A DNA stretch of 64,000 nt from Escherichia coli (GTDB taxonomy: Bacteria; Pseudomonadota; Gammaproteobacteria; Enterobacterales; Enterobacteriaceae): the NCBI RefSeq assembly GCF_048403405.1, contig NZ_CP183129.1. The stretch is one strand, 5' to 3'. Below are positions 9,516-21,972 of the stretch, piece by piece; positions within the stretch are counted from its first letter, which is position 1; every line of letters starts with the position of its first letter. The notes under the pieces are model-generated. The model did no database searches and was not told the origin of the DNA. It worked only from the letters and a program-made list of their open reading frames with translations. Position numbers and translations under genes: made by a program.

Positions 9516-10080
9516 AATGCCGTCCCTTAAAAATAGTTTAAACCATCAAAAATACATTACTTATTACGAAGTAATGGTAACCAAAGCAGCAATAAATAAT
9601 TTATAAGAATCATGATTGACATTTATAACCCAGTAAGCCTGGCGTGACAAATATCTTAATCAGATAATAATAATCCGAAAAGCACAGCGCCTTTCGAATT
9701 ATCCGGAATCACATTAAGTGAAAATTATTAAATTGATATCATTTATCATATCTGTGGATATTATGATAAACAATCAACAAAGATTTTATTTTTGATTTAT
9801 AGCATATCCCTCTAAGAATTTTTGCGATGCTGCAATATCCGGGTAAAGACCCGATCCTGGCTGACAAATGGCACGACTTGACGATAAGCGGTGAACATCG
9901 CTTTTGTTGATTTACTTAACGCTACGGTCAAACGCTGGGAAGCCAGTGCATCAGGTAACGATTCGAAATTCGCCGTCGTTCTTATTCGTGGCTTGCGGTC
10001 GGTTGCGGCAATCCACAGTGGCTGTGGTCATGCAGTCAAGCCAGCGGTCAGATTTCGACCGTGGTTAACATTTAAGGCAT

Positions 10081-10179
10081 AAAAAAGGCCATCATACGAT
10101 GGCCAACCATGTCGAAACCGACAGCCCTTCGCCATTCCTGTAGAGGGAAGCGGCGAGGGCTATTTCTTATTACAGATAT
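10081..10179 (-). ncRNA. sdhX: 3'UTR-derived small RNA SdhX (RybD) at the end of the sdh-suc operon, with intrinsic terminator
   Basis: Lies immediately 3' of the sucD stop on the minus strand; ends in hairpin GGCCATCGTATGATGGCC followed by a T-run (plus strand 10081-10104); identity recalled from E. coli K-12. Confidence 0.5.
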
Positions 10180-11049
10180 TTATTTCAGAACAGTTTTCAG
10201 TGCTTCACCGATATCCGCCAGGCTGCGAACGGTTTTCACGCCTGCGGCTTCCAGAGCAGCGAATTTCTCATCCGCAGTCCCTTTTCCACCGGCAATGATC
10301 GCACCCGCGTGGCCCATACGTTTGCCTTTCGGCGCAGTCACACCAGCGATGTAACCCACAACAGGCTTGGTAACGTGCTCTTTGATGTACGCAGCCGCTT
10401 CTTCTTCAGCGCTACCGCCGATCTCACCGATCATCACGATCGCTTCGGTCTGCGGATCTTTTTCGAACATTTCGAGGATGTCGATAAAGTTAGAGCCAGG
10501 GATCGGGTCGCCGCCGATACCAACACAGGTCGACTGACCGAAACCGTAATCCGTGGTCTGTTTCACCGCTTCATAGGTCAGTGTACCGGAACGGGAAACG
10601 ATACCCACTTTACCCGGTTTGTGAATGTGACCAGGCTGGATACCGATTTTGCATTCACCCGGAGTGATAACGCCTGGGCAGTTCGGGCCGATCATGCGAA
10701 CGCCCGCTTCATCCAGTTTCACCTTCACGGTCAGCATATCCAGCGTCGGGATGCCTTCAGTGATGGTGATAATCAGTTTGATGCCTGCATCAATAGCTTC
10801 CAGAATGGAGTCTTTGCAGAACGGTGCTGGTACGTAGATAACAGAAGCGGTAGCGCCAGTAGCAGCAACAGCTTCACGCACGGTGTTGAACACCGGCAGG
10901 CCGAGGTGGGTGGTGCCGCCTTTACCTGGGGTTACGCCGCCAACCATTTTAGTGCCGTATGCAATGGCCTGTTCTGAGTGGAAAGTCCCCTGGCTACCGG
11001 TAAAGCCCTGGCAGATAACCTTGGTGTTTTTATCAATTAAAATGGACAT
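10180..11049 (-). CDS. sucD: succinyl-CoA synthetase alpha subunit
   Basis: 289 aa; [33 protein letters not shown]; canonical operon position. Confidence 0.96.
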
Positions 11050-12215
11050 TATTTCCCCTCCACTGCGGCAACAACCTGCTGAGCTGCATCCGTCAGACCT
11101 TTTGCTGCAATAATATTCAGGCCGCTGTCAGCCAGTTTCTTCGCGCCGAGTTCGGCGTTGTTACCTTCCAGACGTACCACGACCGGTACGTTAACACCCA
11201 CTTCCGCTACCGCGCCGATGATACCGTCAGCGATCAGGTCGCAACGAACGATACCGCCGAAGATGTTAACCAGAACGGCTTTCACTTTGTCGTCAGAGAG
11301 GATGATTTTGAACGCTTCGGTTACACGTTCTTTGGTTGCGCCGCCGCCAACGTCAAGGAAGTTAGCTGGTTCGCCGCCGTGCAGTTTAACGATGTCCATC
11401 GTACCCATCGCCAGACCTGCGCCGTTAACCATACAACCGATGTTACCGTCCAGCGCAACGTAGTTCAGTTCCCACTGTGCAGCCTGTGCTTCACGTGGAT
11501 CTTCCTGCGACTGGTCACGCATTTCGCGCAGATCAGGCTGGCGGAACAGTGCGTTGCCATCAGCGCCCAGTTTGCCGTCGAGGCAAATCAGATCGCCCTG
11601 TTTGGTGATGACCAGCGGGTTGATTTCGATCAGCGCCAGGTCGCGCTCCAGGAAAATGGTCGCCAGGCCCATGAAGATTTTGGTGAACTGCTGAACCAGT
11701 TTACCTTCCAGACCCAGTTTGAACGCCAGCTCGCGTCCCTGATACGGCATCGGGCCAGTCAGCGGATCAAGCGCAACTTTGTGGATCAGGTGCGGAGTTT
11801 CTTCCGCCACTTTTTCGATTTCCACGCCGCCTTCGGTGGAGGCCATAAAGACCACACGACGGGAACTACGGTCAACAACGGCACCGAGATACAGCTCTTT
11901 AGCGATATCGGTCGCTGCTTCAACCAGAATCTGGTTAACCGGTTGGCCATTGGCATCTGTTTGATACGTTACCAGACGCTTGCCCAGCCAGTTTTCTGCA
12001 AAAGCACGGATGTCTTCTTTGCTGTTTACAACTTTCACACCGCCCGCTTTACCGCGGCCACCAGCGTGAACCTGACATTTCACTACCCACGGACCGGCAC
12101 CGATTTTTGAAGCGGCTTCTTCTGCTTCGCGCGGAGTAGTACAGGCATAACCCACCGGTGCTGGTAAGCCATAGCGGGCAAAAAGTTGTTTTGCCTGATA
12201 TTCATGTAAGTTCAT
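11049..12215 (-). CDS. sucC: succinyl-CoA synthetase beta subunit
   Basis: 388 aa; [18 protein letters not shown]; stop overlaps the sucD start. Confidence 0.96.
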
Positions 12216-12254
12216 GTGTTCTGTCCATCCTTCAGTAATCGTTATCTTTTAAAC

Positions 12255-12286
12255 CGTAGACCGACACCCTATCCACGTCGGTCTAC
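12255..12286 (-). other. 10-bp perfect inverted repeat (RNA stem-loop) in the sucB-sucC intergenic region
   Basis: GTAGACCGAC...GTCGGTCTAC with an 11-nt loop, between the sucB stop and the sucC start. Confidence 0.5.
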
Positions 12287-12308
12287 AGTGCAGGTGAAGC
12301 TTAAACTA

Positions 12309-13526
12309 CTACACGTCCAGCAGCAGACGCGTCGGATCTTCCAGCAACTCTTTGATCGTTACCAGGAAGCCCACGGATTCGCGACCATCGATCAGACGGT
12401 GATCGTAGGACAGCGCCAGGTACATCATCGGCAGGATCTCAACCTGACCATTCACCGCCATCGGACGATCTTTGATAGCGTGCATACCCAGAATTGCGCT
12501 CTGCGGCGGGTTGATGATCGGCGTAGACATCAGGGAACCGAACACACCACCGTTGGTGATGGTGAAGTTACCACCGGTCAGATCTTCAACCGTCAGCTTG
12601 CCGTCACGGCCTTTAACTGCCAGCTCTTTGATTTTCTTCTCGATGTCTGCCATGCCTAGGGTATCGACATCACGCAGTACCGGCGTCACCAGGCCGCGCG
12701 GCGTAGAAACCGCCATGCTGACGTCGAAATAGTTGTGGTAAACCACATCATCGCCGTCGATAGACGCGTTCACTTCCGGGTAACGTTTCAGGGCTTCAAC
12801 CACCGCTTTCACGTAGAAGGACATAAAGCCCAGACGAATACCGTGACGTTTTTCAAACGCTTCACCGTACTGCTTACGCAGATCCATAATCGGCTTCATG
12901 TTGACTTCGTTGAACGTGGTCAGCATAGCGGTGGAGTTTTTCGCTTCCAGCAGACGCTCTGCCACACGCTTACGCAGGCGAGTCATCGGGACACGTTTTT
13001 CGCTACGTGCAGCCAGAGCCGGTTGCGCCGCCGGAGCAGCCGCTGCCGGAGCAGACTCTTTCGCCGGGGCTTTCGCCAGATGTTTTTCCACATCTTCACG
13101 AGTCAGACGACCACCCACACCGGTGCCTTTAATGGCGCTGGCGTCGAGGTTGTGTTCAGCCAGCAGGCGACGGATCGCCGGGCTTAACGCATCGTTGTTT
13201 TGCTCTTCCAGAGACGCCTGCTGGCGTTGCGCCGGAGTGGACGCTTTCTCTTCAGATTTGGCGCTGGTTTCTTTACCGGCGCTGTTGCCTTCACGCAGGC
13301 GACCAAGGATCTGACGAGACGTTACCGTTGTACCTTCATCTTCCAGAACCGCATCCAGAATGCCGTCTGCTGATGCCGGTACTTCCAGTACCACTTTGTC
13401 AGTTTCGATTTCTACCAGCACTTCATCACGTACGACTGCGTCGCCGGGTTTTTTATGCCAGGTTGCGACGGTGGCATCGGCTACGGATTCAGGCAGGTCA
13501 GGGACCAGAATATCTACGCTACTCAT
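12309..13526 (-). CDS. sucB: 2-oxoglutarate dehydrogenase E2 (dihydrolipoyl succinyltransferase)
   Basis: 405 aa; lipoyl domain and Ala/Pro-rich linker. Confidence 0.96.
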
Positions 13527-13540
13527 TGTGTATCCTTTAT

Positions 13541-16342
13541 TTATTCGACGTTCAGCGCGTCATTAACCAGATCTTGTTGCTGTTTCTGGTGAACGGACAT
13601 ATACCCTACCGCCGGAGAGGCGGAGGCCGGGCGGCCTGCATAACGCAGAGAAGCCCCAAACGGAATCACTTCACGGAAATGATGCTGGCTGCAGTACCAT
13701 GCGCCCTGGTTGAGCGGCTCTTCCTGGCACCAGACAAAATCCTTGACGTGAGCAAACTGCTGCAACACTTCCTGCATCGCTTTATGCGGGAACGGGTAGA
13801 GTTGCTCGATACGCACAATGGCGACATCGTGTTGATTGTTCTTACGGCGTTGTTCCAACAGGTCGTAATAAACCTTACCAGAACACATCACTACGCGCTT
13901 CACACCCTTCGGATCAAGCTCGTCGATTTCACCAATGGCAGGCAGGAAGGTGCCGTTCGCCAGTTCTTCGAGGCTGGAAACCGCCAGCGGATGACGCAGC
14001 AGGGATTTCGGCGACATCACGACCAGCGGACGACGCATCCCGCGCAGCGCCTGACGACGCAGCATGTGGTAAACCTGTGCCGGGGTAGACGGTACGCACA
14101 CCTGCATGTTTTGCTCAGCACAAAGTTGCAGATAACGTTCCAGACGCGCGGAGGAGTGCTCCGGCCCCTGCCCTTCGTAACCGTGCGGCAGCAACATCAC
14201 CAGACCACACATCCGGCCCCATTTCTGTTCGCCAGAGGAGATGAACTGGTCGATAACCACCTGAGCACCGTTAGCGAAGTCACCGAACTGTGCTTCCCAG
14301 ATAGTCAGAGTGCGTGGTTCTGCGGTGGCATAACCGTATTCAAACGCCAGCACGGCTTCTTCTGACAGTACGGAGTCCCAGACACGAAACGCGCCCTGAC
14401 CGTTATGGATGTGTTGCAGCGGCGTGTAAGTGGAACCGTTAGACTGGTTGTGGATCACCGCGTGGCGGTGGAAGAAGGTACCGCGACCGGAGTCTTCACC
14501 CGACAGGCGAACCGGAATGCCTTCGTCAACCAGCGTGGCGTAAGCGAGGTTTTCCGCGCCGCCCCAGTCGAACAGTTTCTCACCAGCTGCCATCGCCTGG
14601 CGATCGCCATAAATCTTGGCAACGCGAGACTGCATTTCAACTGCTTCCGGCACCGTGCTGATGCGTTTAGCCAGTTCCTGCAGGCGCTTCATCTCAACTT
14701 TGTTCGGGTACTCTTCGTCCCATTCGTGGTTGAGGTACGGCGACCAGGTGAAAGAGTGCATGTTCATCGGACGCCACTCTGCCACTACGCAATCGCCAGC
14801 ATCCAGCGCATCGCGGTACAGGTTAACCATCTCGGTGGCATCTTCGAGCGTCGCCACTTTTTCTTGCTCCAGCTTGTCAGCGTAGATTTTGCGCGGCGTC
14901 GGATGTTTTTTGATTTTCTGATACATCAGCGGCTGGGTTGCGCTCGGCTCGTCGGCTTCGTTGTGGCCATGACGGCGGTAGCACACCAGGTCGATGAAGA
15001 CATCACGTTTAAAGGTGTTACGGAAATCGAGCGCCAGACGGGTCACAAAGGCAACGGCTTCCGGATCATCCGCGTTAACGTGGAAAATCGGTGCCTGAAC
15101 CATCTTACCGATATCAGTACAGTACGGCGTCGAACGGGCATCCAGCGGGTTAGAGGTGGTGAAGCCAACCTGGTTGTTGATAACGATACGTACCGTACCG
15201 CCAACTTCATAGCCACGCGCTTTCGACATGTTCAGGGTTTCCTGAACCACGCCCTGCCCGGTCACTGCGGCGTCACCGTGGATGGTAATTGGCAGCACTT
15301 TGTTGCTGCTCGGCTCATCAAGTCTGTCCAGACGGGCACGAACAGAACCGATAACGACCGGGCTTACAATCTCAAGGTGAGACGGGTTAAACGCCAGCGC
15401 CAGGTGTACCAGGCCGCCATCGGTCTGGAAGTCAGACGAGAAGCCCATGTGGTATTTCACGTCACCCGTGCCGAGGTGTTCTTTATGTTTACCGGCAAAC
15501 TCGTCGAACAAGTCTTGCGGTTTTTTACCCAGCACGTTCACCAGCACGTTCAGACGACCACGGTGCGCCATCCCAAGAACCACTTCGCGGGTGCCGCTGT
15601 TGCCAGCGTGGCGGATCATCTCTTTAAGCATCGGGATTAACGCGTCACCGCCTTCCAGCGAGAAGCGTTTTGCACCAGGGAATTTTGCACCGAGGTAACG
15701 TTCAAGGCCTTCAGCGGCGGTCAGTTCGCTTAAGAAGCGTTTTTTCTCTTCGCTATTGAAAGTCGCGCGACCAGACTCGATACGCTGTTGGATCCAGCGT
15801 TTTTCTTCGGTGCTGGTAATATGCATATACTCGGCGCCAATCGGGCCGCAGTAGGTTTGCTTGAGTGCTTCCAGCAGTTCGCCGAGTTTCATGGTTTCTT
15901 TGCCGCTGGCAAATGAACCGACGTTGAAGGTCTCCTGGAAGTCTGCTTCGGTCAGATCGTGGAAAGACGGATCCAGATCGGCCACTTTATCTTGCTGCCA
16001 CAGTCCCAGCGGATCGAGATTCGCATGCTGGTGACCACGGAAGCGGTATGCGTTAATGAGCTGCAGGACTTTAACCTGCTTCACATTGGTGTCAGGGTCG
16101 GAGATCGTTGAAGAGTAACGTGAAGCGTCTTTCGCCAGGCGGCGGAAATATTCACGCGTTTGAGAGTGGAATTGATCCGGTTTGACTCCCGTACCAGGTA
16201 ACTGCTGGAACGTCGAACGCCAGTTAGCGTCAACCGAGTCAGGATCGGTTAAGAAGTCTTCATAGAGCTGTTCTATCCAGCTCTGGTTTGCGCCAGAGAG
16301 GTAAGAAGAGTCCAACCAGGCTTTCAAAGCGCTGTTCTGCAT
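13541..16342 (-). CDS. sucA: 2-oxoglutarate dehydrogenase E1 component
   Basis: 933 aa; [31 protein letters not shown]. Confidence 0.96.
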   Translation of the reverse strand: MQNSALKAWLDSSYLSGANQSWIEQLYEDFLTDPDSVDANWRSTFQQLPGTGVKPDQFHSQTREYFRRLAKDASRYSSTISDPDTNVKQVKVLQLINAYRFRGHQHANLDPLGLWQQDKVADLDPSFHDLTEADFQETFNVGSFASGKETMKLGELLEALKQTYCGPIGAEYMHITSTEEKRWIQQRIESGRATFNSEEKKRFLSELTAAEGLERYLGAKFPGAKRFSLEGGDALIPMLKEMIRHAGNSGTREVVLGMAHRGRLNVLVNVLGKKPQDLFDEFAGKHKEHLGTGDVKYHMGFSSDFQTDGGLVHLALAFNPSHLEIVSPVVIGSVRARLDRLDEPSSNKVLPITIHGDAAVTGQGVVQETLNMSKARGYEVGGTVRIVINNQVGFTTSNPLDARSTPYCTDIGKMVQAPIFHVNADDPEAVAFVTRLALDFRNTFKRDVFIDLVCYRRHGHNEADEPSATQPLMYQKIKKHPTPRKIYADKLEQEKVATLEDATEMVNLYRDALDAGDCVVAEWRPMNMHSFTWSPYLNHEWDEEYPNKVEMKRLQELAKRISTVPEAVEMQSRVAKIYGDRQAMAAGEKLFDWGGAENLAYATLVDEGIPVRLSGEDSGRGTFFHRHAVIHNQSNGSTYTPLQHIHNGQGAFRVWDSVLSEEAVLAFEYGYATAEPRTLTIWEAQFGDFANGAQVVIDQFISSGEQKWGRMCGLVMLLPHGYEGQGPEHSSARLERYLQLCAEQNMQVCVPSTPAQVYHMLRRQALRGMRRPLVVMSPKSLLRHPLAVSSLEELANGTFLPAIGEIDELDPKGVKRVVMCSGKVYYDLLEQRRKNNQHDVAIVRIEQLYPFPHKAMQEVLQQFAHVKDFVWCQEEPLNQGAWYCSQHHFREVIPFGASLRYAGRPASASPAVGYMSVHQKQQQDLVNDALNVE

Positions 16343-16506
16343 CGTGATCCCTTAAGCATCTTTTTTATGCTTACTTCGCCGTGGATACTACCACGCACAG
16401 TGATGTGCGTGCCGGGGTTCACTTGCGAGCTCTTGTCTACGTAGTGGCTCGCGAAGGAACCTTTAAAAACTGTCTTAGTGTCAGGGGCAGTTTTTAAAGA
16501 TTTCCT

Positions 16507-16691
16507 GCATTTCTTTTGTAGGCCGGATAAGGCATTCACGCCGCATCCGGCGCTGTTTGCCTGATGCGACGCTTGCGCGTCTTATCAGGCCTACGATTTC
16601 TGCATTTCTTTTGTAGGCCGGATAAGGCGTTCACGCCGCATCCGGCACTGGTTGCCTGATGCGACGCTTGTGCGTCTTATCAGGCCTGGGT
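16507..16691. repeat. two tandem REP/BIME-type palindromic units (about 95 bp each) between sucA and sdhB
   Basis: Near-identical direct copies beginning GCATTTCTTTTGTAGGCCGGATAAGGC...GCCTGATGCGACGCTTG.GCGTCTTATCAGGCCT at 16507 and 16602. Confidence 0.75.
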
Positions 16692-17408
16692 TTACGCATT
16701 ACGCTGCAACAACATCGACTTGATATGGCCGATGGCGCGCGTCGGGTTCAGCCCCTTCGGACATACACTGACGCAGTTCATGATGCTGTGACAGCGGAAT
16801 ACACTGAATGCATCGCTCAAACCGTCGAGGCGGCTGTCAGTCTCGGTATCACGGCTATCGATCAGGAAACGATATGCCGCTAACAAGCCTGCCGGGCCGA
16901 TAAACTTATCGGGATTCCACCAGAAAGACGGACAAGAGGTTGAACAACATGCGCAGAGAATACATTCATACAACCCGTCGAGTTTTTCGCGCTGCTCTGG
17001 CATCTGTAAATGCTCGCGAGCTGGCGGATTTTGTCCATTATTCAACAGGTAAGGCTTAATTTTCTCATATTGCGCATAGAATTGTCCCATGTCTACCACC
17101 AAATCGCGGATCACCGGTAAACCTGGCAGCGGGCGAATCACAATCTTCTTGCCTGGCTGGTTGAGTGCCGAAATCGGGGTAATACAGGCCAGACCATTCT
17201 TGCCGTTCATGTTCAGACCGTCGGAACCGCACACACCTTCACGGCAGGAGCGGCGGAACGACAGGCTGGGATCTTTCTCTTTCAGCTGGATAAGCGCATC
17301 CAGCAGCATCATGTCACGACCTTCTTCCGCTTCCAGGGTGTAATCCTGCATACGCGGAGCATCATCAACATCCGGGTTATAGCGATAAATTGAAAACTCG
17401 AGTCTCAT
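16692..17408 (-). CDS. sdhB: succinate dehydrogenase iron-sulfur subunit
   Basis: 238 aa; Cys clusters. Confidence 0.96.
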   Translation of the reverse strand: MRLEFSIYRYNPDVDDAPRMQDYTLEAEEGRDMMLLDALIQLKEKDPSLSFRRSCREGVCGSDGLNMNGKNGLACITPISALNQPGKKIVIRPLPGLPVIRDLVVDMGQFYAQYEKIKPYLLNNGQNPPAREHLQMPEQREKLDGLYECILCACCSTSCPSFWWNPDKFIGPAGLLAAYRFLIDSRDTETDSRLDGLSDAFSVFRCHSIMNCVSVCPKGLNPTRAIGHIKSMLLQRNA

Positions 17409-17423
17409 TTTCCTGTCTCCGCA

Positions 17424-19190
17424 TTAGTAAGTACGAATCTTCGGCGGGAATGCCGGGCGCAGTTTCGGTTCCATGTTGACGCTTCGGCGCGTCATGGATT
17501 CCGACTCAGGCAGATACAGGGAGTGGCACAGCCAGTTTTCATCATCACGATCCGGGAAGTCGAAGCGGCTATGCGCGCCACGGCTTTCGGTACGGAAGTT
17601 GGCAGAAACAGCCGTTGCATACGCCGTTTCCATCAGGTTATCCAGTTCCAGGCACTCAACACGCTGGGTGTTGAACTCGCTGGAAGTGTCATCCAGACGG
17701 GCATTTTTCAGACGCTCACGGATCACTTTCAACTGCTCAAGCCCTTTCGCCATCGCATCACCTTCACGGAAGACCGAGAAGTTATGCTGCATACATTCTT
17801 GCAGTGCTTTACGGATCGCCACCGGATCTTCACCGTTACGGTTGTTGTTCCAGCGGTTCAGGCGATCCAGAGACGCTTCTACATCAGACTCGCTGGCATC
17901 GCGCAGTGCGCCCTGCTCGGCTATAGACTCTTGCAGATGCAGACCCGCTGCGCGACCAAAGACCACCAGGTCCAGCAGCGAGTTGCCGCCCAGACGGTTA
18001 GCGCCGTGTACCGATACACAAGCGATTTCACCAACGGCAAACAGCCCCGGAACAACCACATCTTCGCCTTTCTCGTTCACCGTCAGCGCCTGACCGGTCA
18101 CTTTGGTCGGAATACCGCCCATCATGTAGTGACAGGTTGGGATAACCGGAATCGGCTCTTTCACCGGATCAACGTGAGCGAAGGTACGGGAAAGCTCCAG
18201 GATACCCGGCAGACGGGATTCAAGAACTTCTTTACCCAGGTGGTCGAGTTTCAGTTTCGCGTGTGGCCCCCACGGACCATCACAGCCGCGACCTTCACGG
18301 ATTTCGATCATGATGGAACGCGCCACCACATCACGGCCCGCCAGGTCTTTGGCGTTCGGCGCATAACGCTCCATAAAGCGTTCGCCATGTTTGTTCAGCA
18401 GATAACCGCCTTCACCACGGCAACCTTCGGTGACCAGTACGCCCGCACCGGCAATACCGGTCGGGTGGAACTGCCACATTTCCATATCCTGCACCGGTAC
18501 GCCTGCACGGATAGCCATGCCGACACCGTCGCCAGTGTTAATGTGGGCGTTGGTAGTGGACTGATAAATACGCCCTGCCCCGCCAGTCGCCAGCACGGTA
18601 GCGCGGGCTTTGAAATAAACCACTTCACCAGTTTCGATGCACAGTGCGGTACAACCGACCACCGCGCCATCCTGGTTTTTCACCAGATCCAGCGCATACC
18701 ACTCGGAGAAAATGGTGGTGTGGTTTTTCAGGTTCTGCTGATAAAGGGTGTGCAACAGTGCGTGACCGGTACGGTCAGCTGCCGCCGCAGTGCGTGCCGC
18801 CTGCTCGCCGCCGAAGTTTTTCGACTGGCCGCCAAACGGACGTTGATAGATACGACCATCATCAAGGCGCGAGAACGGCAGGCCCATGTGTTCGAGCTCC
18901 AGAATCGCTTCCGGCCCGGTTTTACACATATATTCAATCGCGTCCTGGTCACCGATATAGTCCGACCCTTTTACGGTATCGTACATATGCCATTCCCAGT
19001 TATCTTCATGGGTATTACCCAGCGCAACGGTAATGCCGCCTTGCGCAGAAACGGTATGGGAACGGGTCGGGAAGACTTTAGAGAGCAGCGCACAGGTCTG
19101 ACCGCTCTGGGAAATTTGCAGCGCCGCGCGCATACCTGCGCCGCCGGCACCAATCACAACTGCATCAAATTCTCTGACTGGCAATTTCAT
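17424..19190 (-). CDS. sdhA: succinate dehydrogenase flavoprotein subunit
   Basis: 588 aa from [24 protein letters not shown] (the longest ORF adds 4 codons upstream). Confidence 0.96.
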   Translation of the reverse strand: MKLPVREFDAVVIGAGGAGMRAALQISQSGQTCALLSKVFPTRSHTVSAQGGITVALGNTHEDNWEWHMYDTVKGSDYIGDQDAIEYMCKTGPEAILELEHMGLPFSRLDDGRIYQRPFGGQSKNFGGEQAARTAAAADRTGHALLHTLYQQNLKNHTTIFSEWYALDLVKNQDGAVVGCTALCIETGEVVYFKARATVLATGGAGRIYQSTTNAHINTGDGVGMAIRAGVPVQDMEMWQFHPTGIAGAGVLVTEGCRGEGGYLLNKHGERFMERYAPNAKDLAGRDVVARSIMIEIREGRGCDGPWGPHAKLKLDHLGKEVLESRLPGILELSRTFAHVDPVKEPIPVIPTCHYMMGGIPTKVTGQALTVNEKGEDVVVPGLFAVGEIACVSVHGANRLGGNSLLDLVVFGRAAGLHLQESIAEQGALRDASESDVEASLDRLNRWNNNRNGEDPVAIRKALQECMQHNFSVFREGDAMAKGLEQLKVIRERLKNARLDDTSSEFNTQRVECLELDNLMETAYATAVSANFRTESRGAHSRFDFPDRDDENWLCHSLYLPESESMTRRSVNMEPKLRPAFPPKIRTY

Positions 19191-19537
19191 CACACACCCC
19201 ACACCACAACGAATCCATAAATCACGTAAACCACCAGTGCAACGACAATCACCAGTTGCAGCATCAGGCGCAAAGCCAGCGGTTTAACGTAGTCGGTCAA
19301 CACCTGCCACATGCCGATCCAGGCATGGATCAAGATAGAAAACAGCGCCAGCAGGGTGAACACTTTGGTGAACGCAGAGGCGAAGAAACCAATCCAGACT
19401 TCATATGTCAGCTCGCCACTGGTAGCGAAAAAACCGACCATATAAATGATGTAGAGCGTCAGGACGATAGCGGTAGCGCGAACGAGGATGAAATCATGTA
19501 CGCCATTGCGTCCTAATGCGGAGGCGTTGCTTACCAT
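19190..19537 (-). CDS. sdhD: succinate dehydrogenase membrane anchor subunit
   Basis: 115 aa hydrophobic protein. Confidence 0.95.
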
Positions 19538-19920
19538 ACGAGGACTCCTGCGAGAAGTGAAAGCACGACAGTAATAACAAAGGAGATTTTGGCGGAGCGT
19601 TTACCCGCTTCGAATGTTTCTTCCAGATAGCCAAAATCCATCATCATGTGGCGAATACCTACGACGACGTGATACGCCAGAGCGGTAAGGATGCCCCACA
19701 TGATAAATTTGACGAAGAAGCTGCCCATAATCGCAGAAGCTTGCTCGAAACCTTCAGGGGAAGAGAGGCTGGTACCCAGAAGCCACAGCAGGATGCCCAC
19801 TGCAACAAAGGTGATCACACCGGAAACGCGATGGAGAATGGACGCTATCGCCGTGACGGGGAACCGGATGGTCTGTAGGTCCAGATTAACAGGTCTTTGT
19901 TTTTTCACATTTCTTATCAT
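19531..19920 (-). CDS. sdhC: succinate dehydrogenase cytochrome b556 subunit
   Basis: 129 aa from [20 protein letters not shown]. Confidence 0.95.
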
Positions 19921-20628
19921 GAATAACGCCCACATGCTGTTCTTATTATTCCCTGGGGACTACGGGCACAGAGGTTAACTTTCTGTTACCTGGAGACGTC
20001 GGGATTTCCTTCCTCCGGTCTGCTTGCGGGTCAGACAGCGTCCTTTCTATAACTGCGCGTCATGCAAAACACTGCTTCCAGATGCGAAAACGACACGTTA
20101 CAACGCTGGGTGGCTCGGGATTGCAGGGTGTTCCGGAGACCTGGCGGCAGTATAGGCTGTTCACAAAATCATTACAATTAACCTACATATAGTTTGTCGG
20201 GTTTTATCCTGAACAGTGATCCAGGTCACGATAACAACATTTATTTAATTTTTAATCATCTAATTTGACAATCATTCAACAAAGTTGTTACAAACATTAC
20301 CAGGAAAAGCATATAATGCGTAAAAGTTATGAAGTCGGTATTTCACCTAAGATTAACTTATGTAACAGTGTGGAAGTATTGACCAATTCATTCGGGACAG
20401 TTATTAGTGGTAGACAAGTTTAATAATTCGGATTGCTAAGTACTTGATTCGCCATTTATTCGTCATCAATGGATCCTTTACCTGCAAGCGCCCAGAGCTC
20501 TGTACCCAGGTTTTCCCCTCTTTCACAGAGCGGCGAGCCAAATAACAAACGGGTAAAGCCAGGTTGATGTGCGAAGGCAAATTTAAGTTCCGGCAGTCTT
20601 ACGCAATAAGGCGCTAAGGAGACCTTAA
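19921..20628. promoter_or_regulatory. divergent sdhC / gltA promoter-regulatory intergenic region
   Basis: About 700-bp AT-rich non-coding spacer between divergently transcribed sdhC and gltA, as in K-12. Confidence 0.6.
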
Positions 20629-21912
20629 ATGGCTGATACAAAAGCAAAACTCACCCTCAACGGGGACACAGCTGTTGAACTGGATGTGCTGAAAGGCACG
20701 CTGGGTCAAGATGTTATTGATATCCGTACTCTCGGTTCAAAAGGTGTGTTCACCTTTGACCCTGGCTTCACTTCAACCGCATCCTGCGAATCTAAAATTA
20801 CTTTTATTGATGGTGATGAAGGTATTTTGCTGCACCGCGGTTTCCCGATCGATCAGCTGGCGACCGATTCTAACTACCTGGAAGTTTGTTACATCCTGCT
20901 GAATGGTGAAAAACCGACTCAGGAACAGTATGACGAATTTAAAACTACGGTGACCCGTCATACCATGATCCACGAGCAGATTACCCGTCTGTTCCATGCT
21001 TTCCGTCGCGACTCGCATCCAATGGCAGTCATGTGTGGTATTACCGGCGCGCTGGCGGCGTTCTATCACGACTCGCTGGATGTTAACAATCCTCGTCATC
21101 GTGAAATTGCCGCGTTCCGCCTGCTGTCGAAAATGCCGACTATGGCCGCGATGTGTTACAAGTATTCCATTGGTCAGCCATTTGTTTACCCGCGCAACGA
21201 TCTCTCCTATGCCGGTAACTTCCTGAATATGATGTTCTCCACGCCGTGCGAACCGTATGAAGTTAATCCGATTCTGGAACGTGCTATGGACCGTATTTTG
21301 ATCCTGCACGCTGACCATGAACAGAACGCCTCCACCTCCACCGTGCGTACCGCTGGCTCTTCGGGGGCGAACCCGTTTGCCTGTATCGCAGCAGGTATTG
21401 CTTCACTGTGGGGACCTGCGCACGGTGGTGCTAACGAAGCGGCGCTGAAAATGCTGGAAGAAATCAGCTCCGTTAAACACATTCCGGAATTTGTTCGTCG
21501 TGCGAAAGACAAAAATGACTCTTTCCGCCTGATGGGCTTCGGGCACCGCGTGTACAAAAATTACGACCCGCGCGCCACCGTAATGCGTGAAACCTGCCAT
21601 GAAGTGCTGAAAGAGCTGGGTACCAAAGATGACCTGCTGGAAGTGGCTATGGAGCTGGAAAACATCGCGCTGAACGACCCGTACTTTATCGAGAAGAAAC
21701 TCTATCCGAACGTCGATTTCTACTCTGGTATCATCCTGAAAGCGATGGGTATTCCGTCTTCTATGTTCACCGTGATCTTCGCTATGGCACGCACCGTTGG
21801 CTGGATCGCCCACTGGAGCGAAATGCACAGTGACGGTATGAAGATTGCCCGTCCGCGTCAACTGTATACAGGATATGAAAAACGCGACTTTAAAAGCGAC
21901 ATCAAGCGTTAA
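20629..21912 (+). CDS. gltA: citrate synthase
   Basis: 427 aa; [36 protein letters not shown]. Confidence 0.96.
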   Translation: MADTKAKLTLNGDTAVELDVLKGTLGQDVIDIRTLGSKGVFTFDPGFTSTASCESKITFIDGDEGILLHRGFPIDQLATDSNYLEVCYILLNGEKPTQEQYDEFKTTVTRHTMIHEQITRLFHAFRRDSHPMAVMCGITGALAAFYHDSLDVNNPRHREIAAFRLLSKMPTMAAMCYKYSIGQPFVYPRNDLSYAGNFLNMMFSTPCEPYEVNPILERAMDRILILHADHEQNASTSTVRTAGSSGANPFACIAAGIASLWGPAHGGANEAALKMLEEISSVKHIPEFVRRAKDKNDSFRLMGFGHRVYKNYDPRATVMRETCHEVLKELGTKDDLLEVAMELENIALNDPYFIEKKLYPNVDFYSGIILKAMGIPSSMFTVIFAMARTVGWIAHWSEMHSDGMKIARPRQLYTGYEKRDFKSDIKR

Positions 21913-21942
21913 TGGTTGATTGCTAAGCCGTTTACTTTCCGG

Positions 21943-21972
21943 ACCCGCCTTTAATAGAGCGGGTTCTTTTTT
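21943..21972 (+). terminator. putative intrinsic terminator downstream of gltA
   Basis: CCCGC...GCGGG stem followed by TTCTTTTTT. Confidence 0.45.

Noticed and set aside
9891-10082. 63-aa ORF in the island / sucD junction
   Set aside because: No RBS or recognisable domain, and it lies over the presumed SdhX terminator region; more likely non-coding junction DNA, though a gene remnant cannot be excluded.
14405-15640. 411-aa plus-strand ORF inside sucA (and similar ORFs at 13328-14365 and 12735-13314 inside sucA/sucB)
   Set aside because: Opposite-strand ORFs within well-defined GC-rich genes; translations are Arg/His-rich with no recognisable domain.
16507-16691. Possible CRISPR array (direct repeats of about 95 bp)
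   Set aside because: Only two units, no spacer-repeat architecture, repeats are REP-type palindromes, and no cas genes are present in the window.
17523-19220. 565-aa ORF on the plus strand spanning sdhA
   Set aside because: Antisense shadow ORF inside a highly conserved gene; low-complexity Arg/His/Thr-rich translation, no RBS context; the minus-strand sdhA reading is the conserved one.
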